Virus record (IMG/VR): IMGVR_UViG_3300033076_000766
Coordinates: 1 to 33,361 of that record
DNA: 33,361 nt
From: a virus
Taxonomy: Duplodnaviria > Caudoviricetes
Strand: one strand, 5' to 3'
The notes under the pieces were generated by a model. The model was given only the letters and a program-made list of their open reading frames with translations, did no database searches and was not told the origin of the DNA. Made by a program: the position numbers and the translations under genes. Position 1 is the stretch's first letter. Each line of letters starts with the position of its first letter. Of the stretch, positions 7,768-16,556 are shown piece after piece.

Positions 7768-7818
7768 ATTCTAAAAGGCGCCGCGCCGCGATACATCCGG
7801 GGTCGCTATCATTGGCCC
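7768..7818. promoter_or_regulatory. putative divergent promoters (lysis cassette leftward, gpZ-like rightward)
   Basis: Minus-strand TAGAAT at 7768-7773; plus-strand TATCAT at 7807-7812, 6 nt before ATG 7819. No good -35 boxes. Confidence 0.4.
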
Positions 7819-8460
7819 ATGAATATCTCAGTCCAGACCGATATTGAGAATGCGATGCGCAAGCTGCGCAGCATCACCGAGCAGCAGCAGTTTCGCTTCG
7901 CTGTGGCCAAGGCCCTGACCAACACCGCCTATGAGGTGCAGCAGGAGGTCCGCAAAAACATGCCACAGCGGTTCGTGCTTCGCCGCCAGTGGATTGTGCA
8001 GGGCATCCGGGTCGAGAAAGCCACCAAGGGCAAGCTGGAGGCCGTGGTCTACAGCAAAGACCAGTTTATGAGCCGCCAGGAGACGGGCGGCACCAAGGCC
8101 CCGAAATTCGACCAGCACTTGGCCATTCCGATGCGCGCCGTGCGCCGCACAAAGTCGGACCTGATCAACGCCGCTGACCTGCCATCGAATTTGGGCAAGG
8201 CTGAATTCACGGTGCGCCGTGGCCAGAAAACGATGCAGCGTCGTGGTGCCGGTGGCTCGGTGTTCAAGCTGGTGGCCAATGGCAAGACGTATCTATGCCG
8301 CCGTCGAAACGGCAAGGTCGAGCTGCTGTATTTGCTGGTGCCGCGCGCCGAGGTACGAAAGCGCCTGCGGATGGGTGACGATGGCCAGCGCGTGGCTCGC
8401 GCCAGGTTCGTGCAGAACCTGGAGGACGCGCTGGAATACGCGGTTAGGACTGCGCGATAG
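7819..8460 (+). CDS. lambda gpZ-like tail completion/neck protein
   Basis: Very basic; N-terminal MNISVQTDI...QFRFAVAKALTNTA and C-terminal ..LEYAVRTAR patterns typical of gpZ-like proteins. Opposite strand to the late operon. Confidence 0.6.
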   Translation: MNISVQTDIENAMRKLRSITEQQQFRFAVAKALTNTAYEVQQEVRKNMPQRFVLRRQWIVQGIRVEKATKGKLEAVVYSKDQFMSRQETGGTKAPKFDQHLAIPMRAVRRTKSDLINAADLPSNLGKAEFTVRRGQKTMQRRGAGGSVFKLVANGKTYLCRRRNGKVELLYLLVPRAEVRKRLRMGDDGQRVARARFVQNLEDALEYAVRTAR

Positions 8461-8620
8461 GTGGTTCGTCCGCTGGTAGGGGCGTGTTGCCCGCCTCCAG
8501 CCACTTTAAATAGGCTTGGTAGTCTGTATTGTTGGGGTCGAATGGGATGAAGGCGCTATCGGACAAACGCTCGACAGACGCAACTTCGTTCGTAAGTGGG
8601 TTCTTAAATAGCTTGTACAT
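8444..8620 (-). CDS. small tail-fibre-associated protein (putative chaperone), 58 aa
   Basis: Not in the track. ATG directly follows the fibre stop. MYKLFKNPLTNEVASVERLSDSAFIPFDPNNTDYQAYLKWLEAGNTPLPADEPPIAQS carries the IPFDPxNTDYQAYLxW motif common downstream of phage fibres. Confidence 0.8.
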   Translation of the reverse strand: MYKLFKNPLTNEVASVERLSDSAFIPFDPNNTDYQAYLKWLEAGNTPLPADEPPIAQS

Positions 8621-10072
8621 TTATAGCTCCGCTGTTGCTGTATAGCCTGTGATGTAGGCTTCTACAGAAGAATTTCCGGACACAAAGACATAGTCACTGA
8701 TTGGCGAAGCACTTGGCCCAGCGCTAAATCCTGTAGAGCCTGTAAGGGAAACAGTTGGCGCTGCTCGCATTGGAGCAATCAAGGGCACGTTCATGCGCAC
8801 CGCAACGTCACTTTGAAACGCACGGGTGGCAGAGATCTGTGTGCCACTTCGAACTTGGTAGTACCGTTTGCACAGCGCGTCCTCGACACCATACGGACGC
8901 CAATCAGCAGACGGCGCGCTGGTGTAAGTGCCTTTGCGAAAGTCCACACCAGTCAGGTTAAATGTGGCTGCATTGTTGGCAACAAGGTTCACCTGCCCCG
9001 TGACGCCTCGGTAGAACGTAGAGCCCCATGCCCCAGCAGTTCCAACAACGCTGGCTCCAGCGCCAAGGCTAAAGAAAATAGAAATTCCTTTGCCGTTTGT
9101 CGTGAGCCATGTTCCTGCAGTGTCACCTGCGATGTTTATTACTTTTTGCTCCCATGTATTAGCAGCGTTAACCGTGTATGAGAACGGATAGCAGCGCGAA
9201 CCATCCGAGTTAATGATGCTGCCGCCGAAAGTTCCGGTCAAACTCGACTGTACCCAAAATGACAAAGTAACTGGTTTCGCGCTTGCCGTGCCCCATGCGA
9301 GGTCAACAATGTTGGCTCCTTCGATATTCTGAATAAACTCAAACTCGTCGGTGCTGCCAACCGTATAAGCCGACGACGATGTGGCTTTAAGACTGTTCTT
9401 GTATCCGGCAGGGGCCGCAGTGACCTGCTGGGCCGTGAATTTTGACGCGGCGGTCAGGCCACAGCGCCAGCGGTCAACGGGAAAACTCCCATCGACTGGG
9501 GTGATGCTTGCTCCGTTGTTTCGCTGGTCAATCTCCATGTTTGGGTTGATTAGGCGGTTGACCATGCCAAACTCAGCACCGCCGTTCGCCATCATGGATG
9601 GCTTGATTGAGGCGGCTGCAGGCGCTGGCATATCCTCGACTAGAGCCTGTGTGGCGCTGATCAAAGTGACCCGGCTGCGGTGGTTGGCCGGAATGTCGTT
9701 GGCGCTGACGTTGGCGTAGCTGCCATCACCGAGCTGGCGCACCAGGTTGGGAGGTGATGCCACGCCGCTGATCTGCAGCGTCGGGCTCGCGCCGCAGGCT
9801 GCATGGAACGTAACCCAGAACGTCATGCCGGCTGTGTAGGCCGGAATCGAAGTGGATGGCGTCAGCGTGTAGGCGGTGCTGGTTCCACCGGTCGTGCCGC
9901 TATTGAAGGCCTGCTGGAGCGCTGCAAGCGCGCTCGTCCAGGTCGAAGGCACAGCCGCATCGGGTGTGCCGCCGATCACGCCCTTGAGCACGCTCAGGTC
10001 GTTGACGATCTTGGAAATGTCCTGCGCCGGCGATGTGGTGGCCGGATTGATGGTCGATGTTTGCCAAGCCAT
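8621..10072 (-). CDS. tail fibre / receptor-binding protein with carbohydrate-binding-like C-terminal domain
   Basis: S/T/G/A-rich; NRLINPNMEIDQRN..DRW, VTLSFWV and LCKRYYQ motifs; downstream of J. Confidence 0.8.
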   Translation of the reverse strand: MAWQTSTINPATTSPAQDISKIVNDLSVLKGVIGGTPDAAVPSTWTSALAALQQAFNSGTTGGTSTAYTLTPSTSIPAYTAGMTFWVTFHAACGASPTLQISGVASPPNLVRQLGDGSYANVSANDIPANHRSRVTLISATQALVEDMPAPAAASIKPSMMANGGAEFGMVNRLINPNMEIDQRNNGASITPVDGSFPVDRWRCGLTAASKFTAQQVTAAPAGYKNSLKATSSSAYTVGSTDEFEFIQNIEGANIVDLAWGTASAKPVTLSFWVQSSLTGTFGGSIINSDGSRCYPFSYTVNAANTWEQKVINIAGDTAGTWLTTNGKGISIFFSLGAGASVVGTAGAWGSTFYRGVTGQVNLVANNAATFNLTGVDFRKGTYTSAPSADWRPYGVEDALCKRYYQVRSGTQISATRAFQSDVAVRMNVPLIAPMRAAPTVSLTGSTGFSAGPSASPISDYVFVSGNSSVEAYITGYTATAEL

Positions 10073-10075
10073 AGG

Positions 10076-10966
10076 TTACGTCTTGATGATGGTGTTGGTG
10101 ATGAGCGTCGGCTGCACATTGGGGTGCGCCTGACCGCCGCCCGCGCTTTGGACGCCAGTGGATGAGCTGGTGAAAGGCAGAGCGCCAGACGTCCAGCCGA
10201 ACGTGCCTGAGCCGCTGGAGCGCAGCATGTAGTAAGGGTTGCCACTCGCATCGAAGTTGTGCGTGTGGGCCGGCATCTGGGGCGTGGTAAGCGTGTGAAC
10301 CTGACCACCACCTGCCGCGCCTAGAGTGGCCCCATCAATCACGCCGAAGCGGATGGAGGCCGTGCCAGCCGTCACACTGGTGCCGCTGTTCAGCGTGATC
10401 TGCGTGGCGCTGTCGATGCTTGCGATGGTGCGTCCGGACGGAATGTTGGCGCCGATCGCGCTCATGCCGACAGCCAGGCCAGCCGTGCTAGACAGGCCGG
10501 TGATGACGGCGCTTCCAGCCGTTGTCGTGCCGCTCAGCGTGACGTTCAGGACGCCGGCGGCCGTGCCACCCATGTCGTCCTTGCCGGCAAGCACGCGACC
10601 GCGCGCGTCGGGAAGATTGAACGTAGTCGAGCCGTCGCCGGCGCCGTAGGTGGTGCCGATCGCCGAGAACAGGTCGGAATAGGTCGAGCGGCTGACGGCC
10701 TGGCCATAGCACAGCAGGAAGCCCGTCGGGGCTGTCGAGCCGCCGTAGGGCAGCATCACGCCAGCCGGGATGATGCCGCTGGGGAGCTGAGCCGAGGGTA
10801 GCTTGCCGCCGCTGTCGAGGGATGCCGCGCCGCTGGGGACGCCGAGCGATGCAGCTATATCGTTGACGGCCTGGACGGCAAGATAAAGCGCAGCGCGAGC
10901 AGACGCGACCGAATCGGCGCCAGCATCAAGATCAGCAGTTGAAATTCCGCCAGAAGGCCATGCCAT
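10076..10966 (-). CDS. tail fibre protein with tail-collar domain
   Basis: PAGVMLPYGGSTAPTGFLLCYGQAVSRSTYSDLFSAIGTTYGAGDGSTTFNLPDARGR, HTLTTPQMPAHTH, HPNVQPTL. Confidence 0.9.
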   Translation of the reverse strand: MAWPSGGISTADLDAGADSVASARAALYLAVQAVNDIAASLGVPSGAASLDSGGKLPSAQLPSGIIPAGVMLPYGGSTAPTGFLLCYGQAVSRSTYSDLFSAIGTTYGAGDGSTTFNLPDARGRVLAGKDDMGGTAAGVLNVTLSGTTTAGSAVITGLSSTAGLAVGMSAIGANIPSGRTIASIDSATQITLNSGTSVTAGTASIRFGVIDGATLGAAGGGQVHTLTTPQMPAHTHNFDASGNPYYMLRSSGSGTFGWTSGALPFTSSSTGVQSAGGGQAHPNVQPTLITNTIIKT

Positions 10967-10969
10967 AAA

Positions 10970-13900
10970 TTACCCCAGAGAGCCGTAACCAAACACATCG
11001 ACGTCAACGACGCCTGCCTTGGCCGCACCGGCGCTGTCGAAAACCTTGATGGTAACCTGAGAATTGCTCTTGCCGGTCACGGTGTAGCGGTCGCCACTGA
11101 CGGCGGATTGTAAAGTGGCCTGCACCGTCTTCACACCAACGAAGGCCGGTGAGAACGAAATAGTCACACCGCTCGTGGTGACTGCGACATCCTTGAAATG
11201 ATCAACCCGGTCCGGCACATCGATGTGCGTGATCAGCTTGGTCATGTAGGGCAAATAGTTGAGGTCCGTAGTGGACAGCGTCGCGCGCACCTTGAGGTAT
11301 CGGAAGCGATAGGCGCCTTGCACGAAGGGCTGCCACTGCGACCAGGTCGTGCCGTCGGTGCTTGTGGCCACCTCGAAATATGCTGAGATAGCAGACGCCC
11401 TGCCCTGCCAGGTCCATTCGGGCGCGGCATAGCTCGCCCATGGGTCGGTGAAGTCCGACCATGGCGGATTGGACTTTGCCAGCGTCTCCACACTGCACTC
11501 GATCGCCAGCGTCGATGTGGCGATGAAGCCGATATCGATGGGAGCCGTGACATAGGCGCCCACCTCGATCGGGTCCGTGAAAATCCAGGGCGCCGTGTAG
11601 CTCGCCCAGGTGCCGGTCAGGTCGCTCCAATGCTTATCGCCCACCAGGGTCACGCCGCCCTTGAAGGTCGTATCGTCCCAGGTGCCGGCACTATCCCAGC
11701 TTCCGAGGTCGGCCCATTGCTTGGTCTGGGTGATGCCGAGCTGGAATGTGTTGTCGTGGGTGCCAGGGAAACCGGCCACGCTGTCGTTGTAGTCCAGCAC
11801 AACGTTGATGCCCGATACATCGGCCACGATCACAGCGGCCTCGCTGACCGAGTAATTGCCGCTGGTGTCCACGGCCTTGATCAGGAACGTGCCACCGCGC
11901 TGCGTGGTGAAGGCGAAGCTGTTGGCAGCCGTCGAGCCGATCTGCGTGGCAGTGTTCCAGACTTCGCCCAGGCGCATCTCGTAGCGGTCCAGGTCAATGT
12001 CGCCGACATGCTGCCAGACGAAGTTGAGCACGTTGCCGTTGCGGGCCACGTAGAAGTTCTGGACACTCTCCGGTGGCGTGGCCTTGCCAATCACCTGGTA
12101 GGTGGTCGAGGCTTCTGGCCCGCGCGTGCTGAGCGCGTTCACGGCGCGCACGCTGATTGTGTAGAGCTGGCCATCTTCGACGTCGTTCAGGTCGATCGAA
12201 GGGGTGTTGGCGATGATTTCAGGTGAGCGGTTGCCGTAGGCCTGCTGGTAAGTGATGACGTAGCTCGTGGCCGTGACCACCGGCGACCAGGACACCTGCA
12301 GGCGGGTCTTGACCGCCGTGCCCGACAGATACAGAGCCTCGGTAACCTGCAAGTTCTGCGGCTGGGCCGGTACCGCCGTGAGCACGCTGAATGAGCGCGC
12401 CTCGAGTTTCAGGTTGTTCTCGACGGCCGCGAATTTCGACGGTTCATGCGCGAGCGCCACCACCTCAAATTCGTTGCGCTCGTTCTCGGCCACGCTGATG
12501 ACGCGGAAGGTCTGCGGGTTCACGGCCGCGCTGGTCAAAATCCAGACGCCACCTTGGGCTGGCGCCTCGCTGAATGCCGGCGAGACGTTGAGCGTGGTCA
12601 GGGCGCCGCCGCTGTGGCTGACGCTCGTTTCCTGCACCGTGCCGTCGGCCTTGAGGGTCGCCAGCGTGTAGGCCTGTCCAGCGGTCAGCGTGACAGCGGC
12701 ATCGATGGTGATGGACGATGTGCCGGTGGTGACGATGCGGCCGCCATAGCGCACGCCAGCCCGCACCGGGTCGGCCACTTTGATGACCTGGCCAGGGCGG
12801 CAGATCATGCCCTCAATGCCGGTCTTGAAGCTCACCGTCTCGGTTTCGAGGCGCTCGCTGTAGAGCAGCCAGCGGCCGGCGCGGTGGGCCTGACCACGGC
12901 TCGTGCAGCCGATCGCCGCAATCTCGGTGGTGATGACGCCGTAGCGCGCGATGCCGTCGGCGTCCTCCACATATTCGACCTTCTGCGTGTAGCGGTCGCT
13001 GGGGTCGTTCCATGTCACCAGGGCGACGGTGTGCCGTGCCTTGGCCGAGCTGCCCGAATAGGTGAAAACCCCGTCGATGACGTTGGCGGCTGTGTAGAGG
13101 TAGGCGGCGGTCGTGGGCGCGTCCTGGATGGCCGTGATGCTGCCCGATGACCAGAAGGCCATGCCACGGAAGATGGACGCCAGGTCGGAGAGGACCTTGT
13201 AGGCCTCCTGACGGGTCTGCATGTAGACGTTGCAGGTGAAGCGGGGCTCTTGGCCACCGAGGCCGTCGGGCACCAGGGCGTCGCAATACTGCCCGATGGC
13301 ATAGAGCGCCCACTTGTCCACCTGGCTAGGGTCGATGAAGTCGCCCAGGCCGTAGCGGTCGGCGGTGACCAGGTCGTAGAAGCACCAGGCGGGGTTGTCG
13401 GTCCACGCAATCTGGAACGTGCCGTCCCAGCTCCCGGTGTAGGCGCGCGTTTTCGGGTTGTAGTTGCTCGGCACCCGCACGCGCAGCAGCTTCATGTCGT
13501 AAGCGCGGCTCGGGATGCTGCTGAATTGGCTGGCATCGACGCTGATCCCGACGATGGCGCTGTTGGGGTAGCGGAGCTTGCTGTCGACGATCTCCGTGAC
13601 GGTGTCCCAGATCGTCTTGTTCTGCAGGTTCGATTGGGTGCTGTCGGCCGTCAGGCGAACCACGCGAACGTCCCACGGACCGGTGCCAGTCAGCGGGATG
13701 AGGAAGCTGCGCTGGTAGCGGCTTGTGGTCTTGCCGGTGATGGTCTCGGCGCCGTTGAGGTTCTGGCGCACAAAACCGCCGCCGTTGGTCTGGACGTCGA
13801 TGGCGATACCGACCGTCGAGCCGCTGACGCTTCCGCTCGATGTGTCCTGGAAGGTGAGCTGCGGGACGCCAATCGTCACGCGCACGGCGTTCAGGTTCGG

Positions 13901-14245
13901 ATTGGTGAATTGCCGGGTGACAGACGCCGAGTATTTGACCTCGACGCCGACATTGGTGGTGTTCTCGACCGATGGGAAACCAGGGATGTAGGCCTGGCTC
14001 TGAGTGCCGCTGCGGGTCACCCAGGTTGCGCCGCCGAAGTTGTAGCTGCCGTCTGGGTTCTGCAGCGGCGTGTCGTCCAGGTAGATCGACTTGGCGCCAT
14101 CCACGAGGCCCTCGATTTCGCCCTCCGACACCAAATCGAGGACGCGCGCAAAAGCCTTGCTGCGCAGGCTGTCGGGCATGATGGAAGCGACCGTGCTGGC
14201 AGCTCCGCCGCCCTTGCCACCGCCGCCGTAACCCCTGATCTTCAT
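10970..14245 (-). CDS. J: central tail tip / host-specificity protein (lambda gpJ-like)
   Basis: IRGYGGGGKGG start, DLVSEGEIEGLVDG, WTDNPAWCFYD, GCTSRGQAHRAGRW, FN3-like regions; 1091 aa. Confidence 0.95.
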   Translation of the reverse strand: MKIRGYGGGGKGGGAASTVASIMPDSLRSKAFARVLDLVSEGEIEGLVDGAKSIYLDDTPLQNPDGSYNFGGATWVTRSGTQSQAYIPGFPSVENTTNVGVEVKYSASVTRQFTNPNLNAVRVTIGVPQLTFQDTSSGSVSGSTVGIAIDVQTNGGGFVRQNLNGAETITGKTTSRYQRSFLIPLTGTGPWDVRVVRLTADSTQSNLQNKTIWDTVTEIVDSKLRYPNSAIVGISVDASQFSSIPSRAYDMKLLRVRVPSNYNPKTRAYTGSWDGTFQIAWTDNPAWCFYDLVTADRYGLGDFIDPSQVDKWALYAIGQYCDALVPDGLGGQEPRFTCNVYMQTRQEAYKVLSDLASIFRGMAFWSSGSITAIQDAPTTAAYLYTAANVIDGVFTYSGSSAKARHTVALVTWNDPSDRYTQKVEYVEDADGIARYGVITTEIAAIGCTSRGQAHRAGRWLLYSERLETETVSFKTGIEGMICRPGQVIKVADPVRAGVRYGGRIVTTGTSSITIDAAVTLTAGQAYTLATLKADGTVQETSVSHSGGALTTLNVSPAFSEAPAQGGVWILTSAAVNPQTFRVISVAENERNEFEVVALAHEPSKFAAVENNLKLEARSFSVLTAVPAQPQNLQVTEALYLSGTAVKTRLQVSWSPVVTATSYVITYQQAYGNRSPEIIANTPSIDLNDVEDGQLYTISVRAVNALSTRGPEASTTYQVIGKATPPESVQNFYVARNGNVLNFVWQHVGDIDLDRYEMRLGEVWNTATQIGSTAANSFAFTTQRGGTFLIKAVDTSGNYSVSEAAVIVADVSGINVVLDYNDSVAGFPGTHDNTFQLGITQTKQWADLGSWDSAGTWDDTTFKGGVTLVGDKHWSDLTGTWASYTAPWIFTDPIEVGAYVTAPIDIGFIATSTLAIECSVETLAKSNPPWSDFTDPWASYAAPEWTWQGRASAISAYFEVATSTDGTTWSQWQPFVQGAYRFRYLKVRATLSTTDLNYLPYMTKLITHIDVPDRVDHFKDVAVTTSGVTISFSPAFVGVKTVQATLQSAVSGDRYTVTGKSNSQVTIKVFDSAGAAKAGVVDVDVFGYGSLG

Positions 14246-14838
14246 ACCGCGATATCCTCCGTCGAGAGGCCCGCGCTGATGACCGCGCTGCCGACCATGA
14301 GGCGGCCATAACCGACCGGCACGGGGTGGCCCTGAGCGCTCGTGTTGACGGCGCCGTTGAACACGTAGCTGGGCGAGTTGCTGTCCTGTGAGCCGGCATC
14401 CTGCTGCGGCGACGGCGACAGCATTTGCACGACACCGCCGAGCGCCAGGGAGACGCCGATCGAGCCCACGAGCGAAGCCACGGTGGTCGAGCCGAACAAG
14501 CCGATGGCACCGATGCTGGCCGGCATGAACACTGCGGCCGCAATCAGGGCCGCGCCCAGCAGCACGGTGCCGAGCGCACTTTTGGCGCCAGCCACGACGG
14601 GGGCGATGCGGATGACCTCGCGCTGGCCGGTTGGCAGGTTGACGTCCTCGACCTCGCTCACGCGCGTTGAGCCCGACCAGACCTTGTAGGCTGGCGCGGA
14701 ATGGATGAGGGCGTGCTCGAAATCCTTGTGGTTCGCCATCAGGGCGCGGATGGCCTCGCCGATCGATTCGACAGCCATGTGGTGGACCCGCCCGAAGCGG
14801 CGCCCGAGTTCCCCATAAAGCCTGATTTCACGCAGCAT
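14242..14838 (-). CDS. I: tail assembly protein (lambda gpI-like)
   Basis: IRLYGELGRRFGR start, central hydrophobic stretch, SYVFNGAVNTSAQGHPVPVGYGRLMVGS. Confidence 0.95.
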   Translation of the reverse strand: MLREIRLYGELGRRFGRVHHMAVESIGEAIRALMANHKDFEHALIHSAPAYKVWSGSTRVSEVEDVNLPTGQREVIRIAPVVAGAKSALGTVLLGAALIAAAVFMPASIGAIGLFGSTTVASLVGSIGVSLALGGVVQMLSPSPQQDAGSQDSNSPSYVFNGAVNTSAQGHPVPVGYGRLMVGSAVISAGLSTEDIAV

Positions 14839-15517
14839 AGCGCAGCACCTTGACTGTATTTTTCCTGAAATAGCCGCCCCACACGTCGCGGCTCGAAAGA
14901 CGTCCGTGCAGGTGGTGCACGATCATATCGCCTTCCAGCCAAATCGCGCCATGGTTGGGCACCGGAGAACCAATCTGCATCAGTAAAACGTCTCCGTGCT
15001 GGGGGGTCTCTGCGACAACAAATCCGGCCTTGCTGAAATTATCCAAATAAAGGTTTTTCCCTTGGTGCCACCAGTCGTCGGTGCGCTCGAAATCGGGCAG
15101 CGTGATGCCGCGCTCGATGCGGTACCAGTCGCGGATGAGCGTGTAGCAATCGAGCACGCCGTGGTGGAACTGCCGACCGATGAGCGGCGCCCTGTAGCCG
15201 GTGGGCTCGAAACTGTGCCAGCGCTCCGCCGGCGTGGCATAGATATGCCAAGGCAGGCCCGAGGCCTCGCACGCGACCAGGTCGGCCTCGCTGGGCTCGG
15301 GGCCCACATTGGTATGGCTGTGCCAGACCGCGACGATTTCGCCGGTGTCCTCGGCGGCCGCATAGTCCTCGTGGCTGATGATGAAGTGGTCCTCGCCCTG
15401 CGCCAGGTTGCGGCAGGGCATGAAGCGCTCGCGGCCCTTGGTGACCACCACCAGGCCGCAGGCCTCGCGCGGAAACTCAGCACGGGCGAAGGCTTCGGCG
15501 TCGGCTTTCCAGTCCAT
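14828..15517 (-). CDS. K: tail tip assembly protein (lambda gpK-like; JAB + NlpC/P60)
   Basis: PREACGLV, HSH..PSEAD (JAB); DCYTLIRDWY, PNHGAIW (NlpC/P60). Start re-assigned to ATG 15517. Confidence 0.93.
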   Translation of the reverse strand: MDWKADAEAFARAEFPREACGLVVVTKGRERFMPCRNLAQGEDHFIISHEDYAAAEDTGEIVAVWHSHTNVGPEPSEADLVACEASGLPWHIYATPAERWHSFEPTGYRAPLIGRQFHHGVLDCYTLIRDWYRIERGITLPDFERTDDWWHQGKNLYLDNFSKAGFVVAETPQHGDVLLMQIGSPVPNHGAIWLEGDMIVHHLHGRLSSRDVWGGYFRKNTVKVLRYAA

Positions 15518-15519
15518 GC

Positions 15520-16215
15520 TCAGCGGGTCAGGCCGGCAGCGGGGAAGCCGCCGAAGGGAAGCTCGGCATATTGGCCGAAGCGGGCCTTGCAGCTCGACAG
15601 GCGCTTGCCGCAAACGTCCTGCGCCAGTGTGCCGACGGGCTGGTCATTCGTGTCGAGATAGGTGGCGCCGGTGTAGCCGCACTCGGCGCCCCGATAGCGC
15701 CAACTGCAGATGTTCTGCACCACCACGCGACGGGGGAGCTGCACGCCGGTCACATCGAAGGCGGCCGCCAGCTCGAACTCGATCAGCACCTTGTTCTCGG
15801 TGGCCTTGCGGTCGATGAAATAAACGTCGTCCGGTAGCGCGGCCGAGGGGTCGGCGGTGGGGTTGGTGCCGCCCGGAAAATTCACGGCGTCCAGGTATTT
15901 CACGAGCGTGCGGCGGCGGGTCAGCTTGGCGCCGACCAGGTCCTGGTAGCTGCGCACCAGAGCGCCGAGCAAGCCGGTCACGTTGGCGACACGCAGCGTC
16001 GGGCGTGGGAGCTGGCCCTTGCCGCGAAACTCGAACCCGGAGGCCTCGATGGGAAAGGCGCTGTAGGCGTTGCCATTCCACACGACGTCGGAGCCGAGCG
16101 CGTTCTTGCCATTGTGGAAGCGCACCACGGTGCCGCCGAGGGTCGTGCAGTCCAGCTCGAACAGCTCCACGATGGAGTTGGGCGCGAGCTGCTGAAGGTC
16201 TGCCTGGATGGTCAT
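15520..16215 (-). CDS. L: minor tail protein (lambda gpL-like)
   Basis: VELFELD, PRPTLRVANV, four conserved Cys (CSWRYRGAECGY...CGKRLSSC), FGGFPA. Confidence 0.95.
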   Translation of the reverse strand: MTIQADLQQLAPNSIVELFELDCTTLGGTVVRFHNGKNALGSDVVWNGNAYSAFPIEASGFEFRGKGQLPRPTLRVANVTGLLGALVRSYQDLVGAKLTRRRTLVKYLDAVNFPGGTNPTADPSAALPDDVYFIDRKATENKVLIEFELAAAFDVTGVQLPRRVVVQNICSWRYRGAECGYTGATYLDTNDQPVGTLAQDVCGKRLSSCKARFGQYAELPFGGFPAAGLTR

Positions 16216-16553
16216 TCGCCGAACACCTCCTCAAAGGTGCAGGACAGGTTGTTGACGCCATACTGGACCAGCGAGCGTCGCCACTCGGCGCACTTGAACA
16301 CGCCGGCGTTGCCGTCTGGGTCGGTCCAGTTGAAGGCCTCGACACCGTTGCGGGCCCGCAGAAACGCCAGGATGGGGGCGATCTCGGCGGCCGTGCGGGT
16401 GTTGAAGCTGAGCGACCAGGTGCGCGGACGGATGTTGATGCCGTCGCCGACGCGCTGCTGGTAACCGTCGCCGAATTTGGATTGCAGCACGCGCGGCTTC
16501 TCGGTCAGCTCGGCGCCGAAGTCGGGGGTGAAAGTGAAGGTTGTGGATGCCAT
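16212..16553 (-). CDS. M: distal tail protein (lambda gpM-like)
   Basis: KFGDGYQQRVGDGIN, FNWTDP, TFEEVF. Confidence 0.95.
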   Translation of the reverse strand: MASTTFTFTPDFGAELTEKPRVLQSKFGDGYQQRVGDGINIRPRTWSLSFNTRTAAEIAPILAFLRARNGVEAFNWTDPDGNAGVFKCAEWRRSLVQYGVNNLSCTFEEVFGE

Positions 16554-16556
16554 AGC

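Noticed and set aside
8444-10966. Diversity-generating retroelement or invertible fibre cassette
   Set aside because: No reverse transcriptase, invertase, template/variable repeat pair or flanking inverted sites seen in this window.
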